Below the pieces are notes generated by a model. It saw only the letters and a program-made list of their open reading frames with translations. It made no database searches and had not been told where the DNA came from. Positions 11,119-24,600 of a stretch of 64,000 nt of DNA are shown piece after piece. Origin of the DNA: Marsupella aquatica (Eukaryota; Plantae; Marchantiophyta); assembly GCA_973895155.1 (NCBI GenBank), contig OZ316895.1, positions 17,563,437-17,627,436 of the forward strand, read 5' to 3'. Made by a program: the position numbers and the translations under genes. Numbering within the stretch: position 1 is the stretch's first letter; every line of letters starts with the position of its first letter.

Positions 11119-14100
11119 AAATGGATCTGAAATGTGTTTATTTTGCAGTTGACGAGAATGGAACTCTGAATAGCGGCCGGCTGGTTTTGCAACCTAATTT
11201 CTAGCTATAACTGGTGTTGGATCTTGAAGTGTATCTCTAAATATTTGGAAAGGCTGGTTACTGGTGAGGAGTGAAATTGCCGGATTTTCTCTCCATCTGG
11301 TTCATTTGGTGGTTTAGTGGGTGAAAAGTAGCACCTGTTGAGACGTTCTAATGCACATCAATTACTAACGAATATCATCCTCAGGTTCCATAAAATTAAC
11401 CTCATATACTAACTAGCTTTAAAACATTTGAGCTCACAGACAGAACTTAAGTCTCATAATATGAAACCCTTAAAAAAATGAAAGGCCATTGGATAGGAAA
11501 TAAATATAAAATTTTCCTTCATAATTTAGAAACAGTGATTTATCAGTCTTTGTCAAATACATTTCATAAACTGTGCTAAATATACAACAAATTCTGGGAA
11601 AGGAAAGTGATACATTTGGGAAGGTCGTTTCCATGTGAGACAACCTTATCCAGAGTTTTAGAGAACCTATAAAATACATATATGAGCTGAGCTGAGCTGA
11701 GATAGATAGACGAAAATTTAATATTTGCTCTGAATAAAGCATCATATGGATCCCCACATTGGTGTCTACACAGGCAGGGTGGTCATTTTGTACAAGTCCG
11801 TGTCTATGGTTGGTTTGGGTACTTTACGAAGAACTGAAATGGATTACGATGGATAAAAGCAAGAAAGGTTTTCATCGATCAGCCTGGCTGCTGACGGGTG
11901 CCGTCGTGGCACCTAAGAGTCAAAATATCCGAAACGCGTGTGCGAGCCTTCTTGGACTGTGAGGCCGAGCGCCCGAGCAGGTCGTCGACCGGATTAATTA
12001 ATGTCTTTCCGGAATTCCGGTGAATGCCGCAGCAGCTTCTATTTCTGCAGTAAGTTGCCGGGAAACCAGCCAGCTACCTACATCATAGCTACAGCATGAG
12101 TACGCAACCTACCTCGCTGCTACCTGCAGTAGCTCGCCTTCACTCGCTGCTTTCCTGACTGTCATGCAAATAGTAGCTCGACATTGAGCGTCGTAGGGGT
12201 CCAGGGATTGTGGGATTGAGGGATTTTGGCTGTACTTCTTTCTTCGGCCATGGGAAAAAGCTGGGCAATGGCAGAAAGACGGGCAAGGAACTGATCAACT
12301 GAGGCAGGATTTGGAAACTGGGCCGGCAAAAGGGATTAGTACTGCAATGTACGGAGAAGCAGCCAAGCCGTAACGACTACTTCTTTGAATGGAGAATAAT
12401 AATTACTCTCAAATCGTTGAAAGTCGTCGTTGTGGGTTTGGTGGATGATGTGACATCGAGCACAGCTCCACGTTGTTGTGTGGCAAAGCACTGAGAGGCT
12501 CAGAGAAAGTTCCTAAATTCCGGCAAGATGTCGAGTTCTAGCCTACTTCGACATAGGTCAGTATCGCTACGACAGTTGATATGTTCCAATTGAAGATCAG
12601 TATGGCTCTGTTCGCATTACGATCGGAAAGATGGTGAGAGTACACTAGTTCGATCGTAATCAGAAGCTTATGTCCTTATCCACCGACTTATGTCAACCGG
12701 TGCTTCCTTAATTGACTAGTGTAAGTATACCGTATTCTGTACAACTGATGCATGACCTGCACTGGACTCATGGGGAACGACTGAAAGGACGAGTACATAC
12801 ATGAAAGCTGAAGCAGACGACCAGAACCATATAATTGTACTAAAATCATGTCCGTGGAACCGCTTTTGAGAAGGTCCCGCAGTAATTTCATGGCGGGGAC
12901 ATCGTCGTAGATGGGCATGGACGCACTCTCTGTGAAAGTGCGAATCCTCTTATGAATATTGGATGGCACGTGCACTTAAGAGACTGATTTAACTCTATCG
13001 TAGTGACTAGTGAGGACTCGGGTTGGGTTTGCTTAGCCTGAGATCCTGCTTATAGTACTAACTACATCATAGCTCATCAATAACAGCTGGAGTGGAACTC
13101 TGGAAGGTTTGAATGTTAGCACAACGACCCAATGCCTTTCCAGGTAACTTCTGCTGCCAGGTAATTGAAAAGACTCTCATGCCGTCCTTTTACAGACACT
13201 TATAGCAGCGAAGAAACATATGTTATCTTATGTCTATATAATTATATCGAGCTGGTGTGAAGGTGAGCATATGTCGGTGGCAAGGCTACAGATTCCCTGT
13301 ACCCCACCAAGTTCGCCGAAAATACTCTCAACTCTCAAGGTAGGCACAATTGGATTTGAGGCTAGCTGCAGTAGTCGCAAGGCAATTCTGGAAGTAGCCA
13401 ATCAACGTTTAACAGTTGATAACTGAGCTCGAGGAAGCTTCAAGCTACCTACCATTGCCCAGACCAGCCAGAGAACGGGTCCAACTACTCTAAAATAACA
13501 GTCGTCCAAGATATATTCAAAACTTGAATATGAAGATCCGGAAGGGTGGATCATGTTCAGCTCTAGTCTTTTATTAGACAACGATCTTCTTCGTGATGGT
13601 ACGAAGACTGACTACAGTTGACTATGGTGAGTCAAAGCTATGCCATTCTAAGACACGTTCACTATCCACATTGTTCTGGAATCGGCTGTACCAGCTCGTC
13701 TCAGACCCTCGCTGTAGCACCTGCATTTAGGGGAGGAGGCCTTGGAAAGGAAGTCAAGCAGTGAGGAAAAGGCAGGAAAAGCCATGGAATATCATGTGAT
13801 GGCTGTTCTACACCACTGCCTTTGCCAATTTTATCTCGAGATCCTTCGAAGGTAGCTCGGCGCACGAGTCCCGACCTGAAAACCGACATATCATTTCAGA
13901 TCAAACCGACGGAACTTTCAAGAAAACAAGGACTGAACGCGTAGCAGTCCTTCACTGTTTAACCTTGCGAACTGTTCACGTTGAACAAGGGCACCACGTC
14001 TACTAATAGAATGTGACAAAGCAGGAGAGGCACAATCAGCGTGTCTATAATGGTCGCTTGAGGAGGAATATAGTATGCCGTGAGCATTTGAATGTTCCAA

Positions 14101-16484
14101 CACAACGCAAGTAATAAATCTATTAGTTAAGAACTTTCAAGGCAAAACCTCGTAGTATTCAAAATCATCCCGAACATAGACCGATCCGCCTCGCAGATCA
14201 CGGGAATCTACTGTCCCGAGTTGGACGTGTCGAGGCATTGGATACCGATAATCTCATGTTGACCTGCGAGTACATGGACCTTGGACGCTTAGGCCACAGC
14301 TGGTCTTCCAATCAGAGACCAGCTGGAATTTCTGAAGTAGTTTGCTTGAATGTGTGGACGGGCCACATAACGTCTTGAGGTCGTAGACAATGCCCTCAAC
14401 GAAGTGAACGATCGATTCGTCCCATAGTGTCTTCGTCTTGTATAGCTCTTGCCAGTTGAAGCTTGCTCCTCGGAGTTACACAATTAGATAATTTCATCAG
14501 CCAGACAGAAGCAGGTGGGTGTGGATTGCCCGGTTCAAACAATGATGCACATGCATGCGAACCAGTATGCAGACATCATCTCACGATCCGCCATAGAAAT
14601 CAGATGCATAATGAACTTGCCAGCGTGAGCCCAGATTCTTTGGCACTAGCAAACCGTGTAGCAAACGTCACCCTCGATAATGACAAACTGATAGGCGCTC
14701 CAGCCCGAGTTTATGTTATGTCGCGCCTGCAAGGCTTACTCATTCAAGTACTCTGAATGACTGCCTTGGAATAAGCCGATCGAGGTAAGGAGAACCCGAA
14801 AATTGGGATCAGGCTCTTCCAAAGTGTTCTGAAAGTATCGACGGACCTGGCCAAGTACTTCCTCCCAGTAAAGTCTGAACCTATTCGCTAAATCTGTTCA
14901 CGAACACCCCCAAGTCGATTGCTCCGAAGATTAATTGAAATTGTCAGAGACTGAGCTCAGTTAGTTGGACGCAGAATACTAGGTCAGTTACGTTACAGCA
15001 CGAGCAACAGTTCCTTCAAACATACAATGAGATCGACCTTGGAAATGCAAGCTAGCGGGGCCCTAACTGATCATAGAACACGAATGGTCACCCCGAAGGA
15101 GCGCAACCTTCTCAGCGAACCGTTCGACTACCTAGGTCGACAATGAAAACATAATTCCTAGAACCAAGAACATGCCCTATTAATCACAAACTAACCAAGG
15201 CATCTCAGGCCAAGCACTGGGTCAAGCACTGCTGCTTTGATCTTTAGCTTCGAAAGAGACTTCGTCCCACGGATAGTCGGTGATACGGATCGAACTCAGC
15301 CGGAGCGCTACACACATGCAAAATTTCAGATGCTCTCTGGCATCCATCGCTTTGAAGGGAAAGAGTACATTGACGATCACAGAACTCTACTAAAAACAAA
15401 CTCGTCAGCTTTTGAGAGAAGCTTGCAAAGTCTCCAACGAGAATTATATGTTGCAGTCTCTGGGTTTATTCAAAGTTCACCAAAAAAATTACCCATTCTT
15501 CTGAATGACAGTACTCAATCTGTGATGAAATTAAGAAACACCTCATCTACAGGTGGACCAATTCATTCCACGATAACTACGAAATTCAAGCTATGTTCCA
15601 TCTGCTTACATCAATCGCCCTCATCTAAATTTTAAATTCGCGAATTCCTTTGGTTAAAACAGGCCACAAGCTTATCAACCAAAAAATGATGCACGAACAG
15701 GTGTTGTGCGAAAACATTCCGAAATGCCTTGAAATTGAAGCAGATCCTGTGTGACCCCAATATTCTTGTGGGGGAATTTAGATTACTGCACTCAAAGGAA
15801 CAGTCAAAGTAAGAAACAAACAACGGGTGGAGACGAGAGCTATATCTCCCGTACCGCTTTAAATTTGTATGTAGCTATGCAATTAGTCTAATTTGTGACA
15901 TTGTGTCGATGATTACGTAGACAGATATACCTAGGAAGTTATGTACAACAATCAGAGGTGTTTGTGTACATCGGCATTGATGTGCCACTACCTGCGATCA
16001 ATGAGTCTTGTATCTAAAACCGAAAGCGTATCAGGTGTTCTGATAGTGGATGTGATCCACAGATCGAGCAAACTAAGCTCCCTAACTTGACCATCTTGCA
16101 AAATTGAAATGAGGGAACCGGCAATCCCTAGTGCTCCCTCGTCTGTAACAATGTGAAGAACTGAGCAACTACGGTTGTTAAGAAATCTGGAAGGAGCGAC
16201 TGATACGTGAATGAGAGCGACCTGCCTCGGTCTCCTCGGGACAGGACTTCAGTTTCCCATACTTGGAAAAAACTCTAGTCTATGGACGGTGACCCCGATC
16301 GAGCAGATAAATTCTATGCCAGGCCCCTACCCACATGCCGCTACTAGTGCTTCACAGGCTTTCGAAAACCGAAAAGCTCACCCACGACGATTACTGGCAT
16401 CATCGCATTGGAACCTGATGGCTACTTCGACAGTTCTAGGATCTGACTCTCTTTCGGACATTGAAGACGGAATTCTCTCGATAG

Positions 16485-17133
16485 CTAACGCATTCTTGAT
16501 CCCAGAATATCCTCCAGAAGGCCATCGCCATGACAGTCCTGACTAGCGGGACCCGGCATAGGAAGACCGTGTTGTTGCGGCGAATTCCCGGCAACAGTGA
16601 CTACTTGGCTAGCCAGCCTATGCATTCGCTCTTGAATTTCATGAATTTGCATTCTTTGAACCTGTTGTTCCTGATTTCTGGATTGCATCTGTTGCTGAGC
16701 ATGCATTCTAAGCGCATGCTGCTGCAGCTGATGATCGGGGAGACCCGGAATGCTAGATCTCATCAGACTGCTGAGAGGATTGGGGTGGGCTCCCATGTAT
16801 TCGCTTGCGGCATGTGCGCTTTGAGGATATCGCATGAAAGCCGCTGGGTCTTGGCCATGACCTCCGCGAATTTGCACAGCAAGGTCGAAGTTGCTACGAG
16901 GATATTGTGATGGTCCCTGGCCATAACCTGGGTAGGACCCTGGAGGAATGTAAGATGGAACACCAATACCACGGTGGTGGTCGTGGTAAGGATCCGTAGG
17001 AGATGGCCGAGTTGCTGGGCTAAGATGGTTGTGAGTTCCTTCGTAGGTCGTGATGACTAGTCCCTGATCTTCAGACGATCGCTCCACACGCTTTCGCACG
17101 GGGCATTTGTTCTGCGTACATCTATAGTAGCTT
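16485..17133 (-). CDS. WRKY: WRKY exon 3 (zinc finger and Q/H-rich tail)
   Basis: Acceptor tttgcag|aagctac; reads to stop at 16485. Confidence 0.93.
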
Positions 17134-20100
17134 CTGCAAAACCAAATTCAATGTGGACAACGCGTGAGCCTCTCTTCGTACATATACAACGAGTTGTAAT
17201 CAACACTTGATCTCCTTCTACGCGACCTTACTCTAATATAACCTAATATACCAGAAGTTAGATTACCAACGTAGGAGAAGAGATCGGGAAGACAACCGCT
17301 CCAAGCGGGTTTCACCGTGCAACCATTACCTTATCGAGGCCAACGATTTGCACTCAAAGCCAACTTCCGATGGCAAGCGATCAAAGAGTAAGAAGTGCGA
17401 CTTGCAATCTACCAATTTAAGTTTTACAAACCCTATCAAACATCTGAGACGTACACCCAGACGGATCCTTTGGAGTGAACTAGAAGCAAACTAAGTCGCT
17501 TCGGAATGAAGCTTTAGTGGGTTCTAGATCTGGCCTAGTACATTCCGTGCGAGCGAATTAAACGACCGGACGGTTAGTCACACTTTCTCTCTAGCTCGCT
17601 AACGTACTAGCTAGGTTGTTTCCAGCCACTCCAGACTTCAGGCCCTCCCGTCAGTGGAAAGATGCTTTCGACGACTTCAAGCTCGTGGTATTAGAGCGTG
17701 AAAGCATGAAGATAGTCGAACCGCAATCTGATTCAAAGGCTCGTTCGGACTCCACAGCAGTGGATCCTGCTGTCAACCTTGAAGCCACCCAGATTTTCTA
17801 TTACATTGGCATTGCCAATATTGTGGAAGCTACCTGAGGAGCGATCAAGACGAACTAAACTTGAAGTCGAACCGGTAGCCTAATACGATCATTATTTCGA
17901 CTGTGCTCACGAAAACGTTCAGGTCCCAATTCAGATCAGACAATTGAGCGGTTTCAGATGGTGTATCCGATCAGTGGATGTCCAGCTTCTGATTACGCAG
18001 GCTAGTTTAAAATATCCGTCTCTCCCTCACGGCTCTTGGGTGGAAAACAAAACGATGGTGATTACCCATATTGTACATGAGCGTCATCCGAGTGAGAGTG
18101 CTTGGGAATTTCGGACAAGAGAACGAACCTTGGAAAGGGACTATTTTTCACAGCCTTTTGGCCATACTTCCGCCAACGATAGCTATCGTCCATAATTTCT
18201 ACCTCACTACGCGTGTGAACGGCGAAACGCGGCTCACGCGGTCGTGGGTTTTTAGGTCCCTTCTTCCGCTTGACCCTGTGCATCAAAATATAACAACCAG
18301 GCACATGATCAGATGTTTTTCGCACCATGAACTTCTCAGAATGAATCAACAACCGCGCACCCAGACAGATGCCTCACCAAAGCACGGCATAAAACTGGCA
18401 TAACGTAAGGATAAGACTAGCTTAACGAAACATACACGCAGACTTACGAAGTCGTCCGTCACATCAATAGACGTGATCAGATTGATCAGACAACAAACTT
18501 TCTAAATAGAGTGACAAGAAAACAAGTTCTCCGATGCACAAGCCTTACGGCGCTGATAGGAAGAAGGAGAGCAAGATGAAGGAGGAGAGCAAGCTTACAA
18601 CTGCTCCGCCTTCTTCTTGTCTGGGATGGCCTCCGCTGAAGCTGCTGCTGGCTTCTCTCCGGTCTCTTCAAGTTCAGGTGTTTTCCTTTTCTTGCTACTG
18701 CTCACGGTTGAGCCAGTGGCACCCGTCTGTGTAGTGGCATCGTCATCGGGTCCATCGCTGGACGAAGATGACATGGATGAATTATCATTGGGGATAGTCG
18801 CCGCCACAGTTGTGCCAGCCGCTACGTCAGGAGAAGACGTAGAAACTGCTGAAGATGCCCCCGTCATAGCTTGCGATGCAGGAGTGCCTTCGCCTGGAAG
18901 ATGCAATTCACTCTTCTCATCCATGGAAGTGTCCTGCCTGTCGAGAATTCCTGAAATCTTCTCCAGGGCACTGGCTTGACTGAACGATCCCTCCGCATCA
19001 GATCCGAAATGGAAATCGGATGTATTAGAGCTGTAACTACCCCTGCCACCGAAAGCTCGTCCCCTCGTATCGCTGGTAGTCAATCGCGATGCATCGTCGC
19101 CGAAGGACCAGTCGGGAAAGAGCGCGTCATGGTCGGACATCCTTTGGGGCCCCATACTGAACTGCGGAGCCGAAGTTGTACTGCTGCTAGGAGCGTTGAA
19201 GGCTCGAAAAAGTGACGAGTCCGCCTGGGGGATGGTCCAACTTCCTCCTCCTCCTTCAATGGGTGGGTCTGCGAGGGGAGGAATGCCCAGACTTGACGAG
19301 AATGACATGAATTTCTCCATATCGTCTCCAGTCCGCCCTGCCTGCTCAGCCATACCAGATCCTAATCCAAATCGACCATATGTTTCTATCTCTTCTTTCA
19401 CATGGGTAGGCATTGAATTAGATGTCTCGTGCGGTGTGGACACTAAATGAGACTTGTTTACGATCTGTTCCTGATCAGGCGCCGATCCAAGGCCAAGCCA
19501 CTTTTCGCTTCCTGCCTCGCTTGCAGACTCGCGTGCCGCTGATACCTGCGCAATGCTCTCAATAATGCTCCATGTTTCTTCAGACAGATGGTTATCTGGC
19601 AATACTAAAGTCTGAGTCTCCTCCTTGCTATTATCCAATTGTTTCTGCGGAGGATAGCCTGCACTGTGAAGAATTCGAGAGCTAAAATCGATGAGCTCCG
19701 GAAACGTTCTAGAGCTCCGATCCACTTCCTGTCGCAAATTCGAACTATTTCGAGGTTCAGCAGTGTACGTTCCAGACTGAATCTCTTCCCCGATGTCAAG
19801 CTCCAAATGAGCGAGTAGGGATTTAGTGGTGAAGCTGGGCGGAAGCGACGTGGGGGAGAATGGGGACTGTGATGGGGTGGTGGGATGGGAGGGAGAAGGA
19901 GAAGATGGATGTGACGAGAGGGAAGGTGGAGAAGAATTGGAAGCTGCGTGTGAGATAGAGGAAAGAGCTGTTGATTCGTACTTCACGTCACTGCTAGGCG
20001 AAACCGTGTCCTCGAACGTAGACGACAGAATCTGATGAGACAAATCTGGCATTCCTTTCCCAGATGTCCAAGAAGTGTTGAACTTCGACGGCTTTCGATA

Positions 20101-20247
20101 GTCGTCGGCAGAAATCCTTCCCGAGCTCAGATCGTCAACGAATTTCCTCGTCCTCGAATCCCCAGGGCGTGCTTGTGCAGACCACGTGGGGTTCGTCGAG
20201 AGGTTTAGAATGGCACTGGATCGGGAAGAGGTCTCGTCGGTAATCAT
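16485..20247 (-). CDS. WRKY: Group IIc WRKY transcription factor, 3 exons (20247-18599, 18275-18129, 17133-16485), ~814 aa
   Basis: [37 protein letters not shown]|[36 protein letters not shown] (C-x4-C-x23-H-x-H); conserved phase-2 PR intron; GT-AG junctions join all three frames (2445 nt); C-terminal DGLLEDIL resembles the GLLQDIV tail of IIc proteins. Confidence 0.93.
18129..18275 (-). CDS. WRKY: WRKY exon 2 (WRKYGQK)
   Basis: Acceptor cacag|g, donor ccaag|gttcgt. Confidence 0.93.
18599..20247 (-). CDS. WRKY: WRKY exon 1 (long Ser/Pro-rich N-terminal region, SSKKRK NLS-like motif)
   Basis: 550-codon ORF ending at donor cagtt|gtaag (phase 2); start ATG is the first in frame but not independently confirmed. 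Confidence 0.85.
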
Positions 20248-23200
20248 AATTTAGGCTTTCGTTTGATTGCCTCGACGTCTTACGGCAGTACCGAGAAATT
20301 GGTGTTCTGTCCGATGCCAAGAGTTGAGATTTCTTAAGCTCATTCCCCGCCGCGGAATCCCGTCACTGCTGCTGCTGTACCACGTACTCAAAGTCCGTTT
20401 ACGTCGCCTCTCCCGGTCGCCACTCTAAAACCTAGACAACAGGCGAACGTTCGGAGGATGGACGGTGGGGTCTAAGAGCCGGTAGCAACCAAGTGATGTC
20501 GTATCGCACCTTAGGTCTGCAACTCTCTCATGAAGATACCGAACAACATGAAGACTCCTCCAAGCAGTGTGCGTGCACCAGTTTCGAATAATAACTCCAG
20601 AAAGGTGCGCATGCCCTTGCCTAACAAATGGACAGGATGAACAGCGTACTGCCAACCCCCTAAAGCTTGCGGAAGTCACAAACCGCGATCCCGCATCACG
20701 GGGATCTACTACCAGAAAGTCACCTCGCCAACACTCGTTCTCATCAATAATCATAGAGCGTCATTCATTCATTCCACCCTCGGCCTCTCGCATCCCGTCT
20801 CCGCATCGTCAACAAACATTCAACGAGAGGCGCAGCTCTTGTCTATTAAGTAAGCTCTCGTCCGCATTTAGTGCTCTCCGTCCATCACCCCTCGCAGGAG
20901 GGACCCCGCCCACCTTCTCTCTCTCTTCCTCTCTGAGCGTGGATCGTCGTCCTTCTTCAAGTCACTCGATGTTTATCATCCGAGGAGCTCCTCCGCTATG
21001 CGGGGGTTGGATAAAAACAAATGTGTGCTACAAGCGTCGCAATCAATATCAAGCAGCTGAGGAAATTGGTGAGTATCTTCCGCTCGCGGTCTGGTCTGGT
21101 CGGGTTTGGTCTGTCTGGTCCGCCTGCCTCGGTCCCTCCTGCGCTGGGCCCCAGCTGACTTTCCTACGATCCCTCTGACCACTACTACCAAACAATCCCC
21201 TCTCGCCCTCCCTTCTCCTTCAATGACTCGAAAGCCCTTCCAGCAGTAATCAAAATTCGCTGTGGCCGCGATCTCAGCTCACTCTCGCCTTCGTTGCTAC
21301 TGTACACTCCCGATCGGCAGGCAGTTGGAATTCATTCAAAAACATGGACGGAAGAAAGCTCGGCGAAGAAGGGCGATGAAGCCTCCCCACCTCTCATCAG
21401 AAATCTGTTTCGGGGCAACAATCCTCAGGGGATACAGTGTGCTCCGCTACTCCAGCCTGCGGCTCCCTTCGTTCATCCTTCTAAAGCGGCCGAGTCGTAG
21501 GTCTCACAGTCTCAGTGGTCAAGGGTCCACCCCGCGTGGATCCACCACCGCTGCTCGGAAACTCTTCAGTCCAGTTCTGCCCTGTCGGGAACGGCACTCC
21601 GTCATACAGCAGTAGTACAGCACACTTCTTTCCGGCAGGCTCCATTTGACTGGCGAGCGCCCCCTGCCCTGACTGACTCACGCGGTGCGCAGTACGTACC
21701 CGGCAACTCACAGCAACGGGGAGTTGGATTTGCGGGACCGGATGAGCCAGCTAACAACAAAATAATATTCACCATACCCTCGTAGTAGAGAAGGGGCGAT
21801 CCAATAAGAAATTTCCAGACACTCAAACCAAATTTTAGGTGATGCTGTTTGGGAAAACTTATGAGTTGTAACTTCTAAGAATTTTGAAGTGAAAAACTGA
21901 TTTCTCACTGTGTATGTTAACTAAAAAAGTAAACATATGGCATTGCAAAATCAAACCTAGGATGGACTTTTGTTTTTGGGTAAAACTGTGGCGTGAATGA
22001 TGGTAATCTTCACAAATAATTTAAGTATATATATTAGACTGGTACAAGAGAGCCTCCAAGAAACTCTAACAAGTCCTAGAACTGCTGATTCCACTGGATA
22101 TCAAGGGAAACTTTGCTGCTGAAAATGTTGTGGAAACTATGAGGGTCACCTAGTATAGTGAACTGTAAGAAGTGAATGAAAGTGTAAAAGGCATCACAAT
22201 CCTTCTAATTTGAGGAGAAGAATATCAAGTTTTCGCTTAGGGCACTATGGGCCAACCAGACCGTCCTATCCTACGATAATAGTGCTAAAGGCTGCTCATC
22301 ATGAGTTTCTCGGAAAGAAGGTGGATAATTATCCGACTGTGGATCCATTGCAACAAAAAAGCGTCGACTTCAACCAAACAAACAAAAAAATGCATGTACA
22401 GTAGTACTGTAGAGAGCAATAGACCGCGACGACGTCGACTATTTGATAGAATTGATTTTCCAAACAAGACTACTGTAGACGAGTTTCGACAGGAATCTGC
22501 ATCATGACGGCCCTAAAAGCCATCAGACCTCGGACCAGAACGGACAACACGTATTACACAAACGTACTATGCGGGCTCAAAGGATCGAACAATAATTCGT
22601 ATAGTACCATAAAATGCGTCCTACGCAGGCCAGAGATTGGATAAGGATTCTTTAAGAAGCATAAAATGCGGTCTATGCGGGCCCGAAGGATTGCAGAAGA
22701 GAGGGTAGGATAACCACGGCCAAAGCTGCTAAACAACGATATATCTCGAGTGACTTTCCCTCTGAATTCCAGAATAGCACCATGACGTTTAGCGAGTAAG
22801 AGTACGACTGTTTTTGTAAAACACACGTCAAAGTGCAAAAGTTTGGTGTCTTGGAATATTTCCTGTTATTTCGCGGCAAGAGATCATGTCATCATCTCCA
22901 TTGCTGACATGTAAAACGGATAACGTGTACAGGGAAGACAAATGCTGCCACACGGAACTCAGAAGGAAATGATAGGAGAGATAAAGCCAAAACAGGCCTG
23001 TCAAAAAAGATACAGGGCATGACACAAAGGAAAACGCGCCTCGGATGTATCACAATGTGTAACCATGCAACTCGGATAGACCTAAAAGCTTTTTGGGAAT
23101 CCTAAGGTGTCAAGATATTCTTTGGATTTAAAACAAAGTTTTTGAATATAGTCCAACTGTGGTCGCATAGTTTATCTGTTTTTGTTGTTAAAACATGTGG

Positions 23201-23899
23201 TCCATCCGACCTTCTTTCTTGAGCAAACTGTTCAATTAAAAATTGACTGAAACCTTACTAAACACAAATGAGTCACTAAAAAATGCTCAGGAGAGCACGC
23301 ATCCTAAACACTTTTAGAATGAATCAATAAGAACAGAACAGACAACTTCAAGAACATTTTAGAAAATCTAGAATCAGAGATGATTGTACTAGACTAGTAT
23401 AATCAAACTGGAGGCCAATCAAATACTATTGACTCTCATATCTGCTTTATTTGTCTGTTCCCAGATGTGAGATGTTAGTCTCTGATCAAACTGGAAGGGG
23501 GGTATTTGTACTTTGGTGGCCCTTTCTGACGTCCATTGGTCATCTCCTTTCATCAACGAATATTCGTAGCAACACATTACTCAACTATGTACAATAAGAA
23601 CTAAAAAAACACTGTTTACTTCCTAAATAGACTTAGTATTTAACTAGTGTTATATGATATTCAGTTTACAAATGTTATTATATGAGGGAATAGGGAATAT
23701 ACATGAGAGCATGTATTGACTTTTTAAAGTTCTAAAAAATATAAAGCTGTATGATTTCGAACAAAGGTTTGTATGTTTTTCTAATGTTGCATGGTTTCTC
23801 GTAGAAAAGAGGTAAGCACCAGAAAATTTCTCAAGGGCAACCCCAACATATATAGAGGAAGGAACAATCGACAATGCATCAATAGAGAGGGAAACCTAC

Positions 23900-24600
23900 T
23901 CCAAAATAAGCAAAATTAAAGTTACAATAGGATCCATAATTATATAAATTAGCACCTATGTATTCATGAGCATATGCAAAGCCGCGTTACCTGATTATGC
24001 AAGGTGCTGGTCTACTCTTAAATTTAGTTCTGTTTATTAATGTCACTGGGACACAACATCCCTTAAATCTGGACTGTTATGCATCCTCAAATCACTCACA
24101 CAAATATTGCTACGTTGAGGTTGGTAGTTGAATATGCAAAATGATTGCGTCCAATCCAACAAGTCGTAGTACTTCTCCTTCCATCACAGAACCCAGGGGC
24201 TCTACTCCAACTGAATGTGCCAAAACATTATATTAAAATCTGGGATAATTATAGGCGTTGTGGAAAGGTATCAGCTCAGTGTTGGGTTCATATTTCAATA
24301 TGAATGCTTGATGGCCTTCTAATCACTCGAAGCTGTGTTGTGTAATGATGTAGGATTGCTCTCCTGAATTGGAAGTTTTCTTTAAGTAACTGTGCATCAA
24401 TGATTCCTTGGTGGAATGCAAGCAATTTTCCAGCTCAAAAGCATGCAAAAGATTTGGGTGGAGATCCCATCCTTTGATTTTATTTCTGAAGTGAAAACTA
24501 AATAGGATTGTTTCCATAGGGATCCATAAGGTTGTATGTTATATTATGAGCCTTTTCAATGTGAGTCAAAGAGGTGTAACTGAGCTTCAAAAAAGTGTTG
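23900..24600 (-). mobile_element. Possible highly degenerate LINE 3' fragment
   Basis: Stop-riddled translations with weak resemblance to plant L1 ORF2 C-terminal region; no diagnostic motif. Confidence 0.25.

Noticed and set aside
20425-21615. 100-200-aa ORFs upstream of WRKY
   Set aside because: No domains; likely chance ORFs in a GC-rich promoter/5' UTR. A uORF role cannot be judged without a TSS.
21646-21651. W-box (TTGACT) suggesting WRKY autoregulation
   Set aside because: Single hexamer, expected by chance; no clear cluster.
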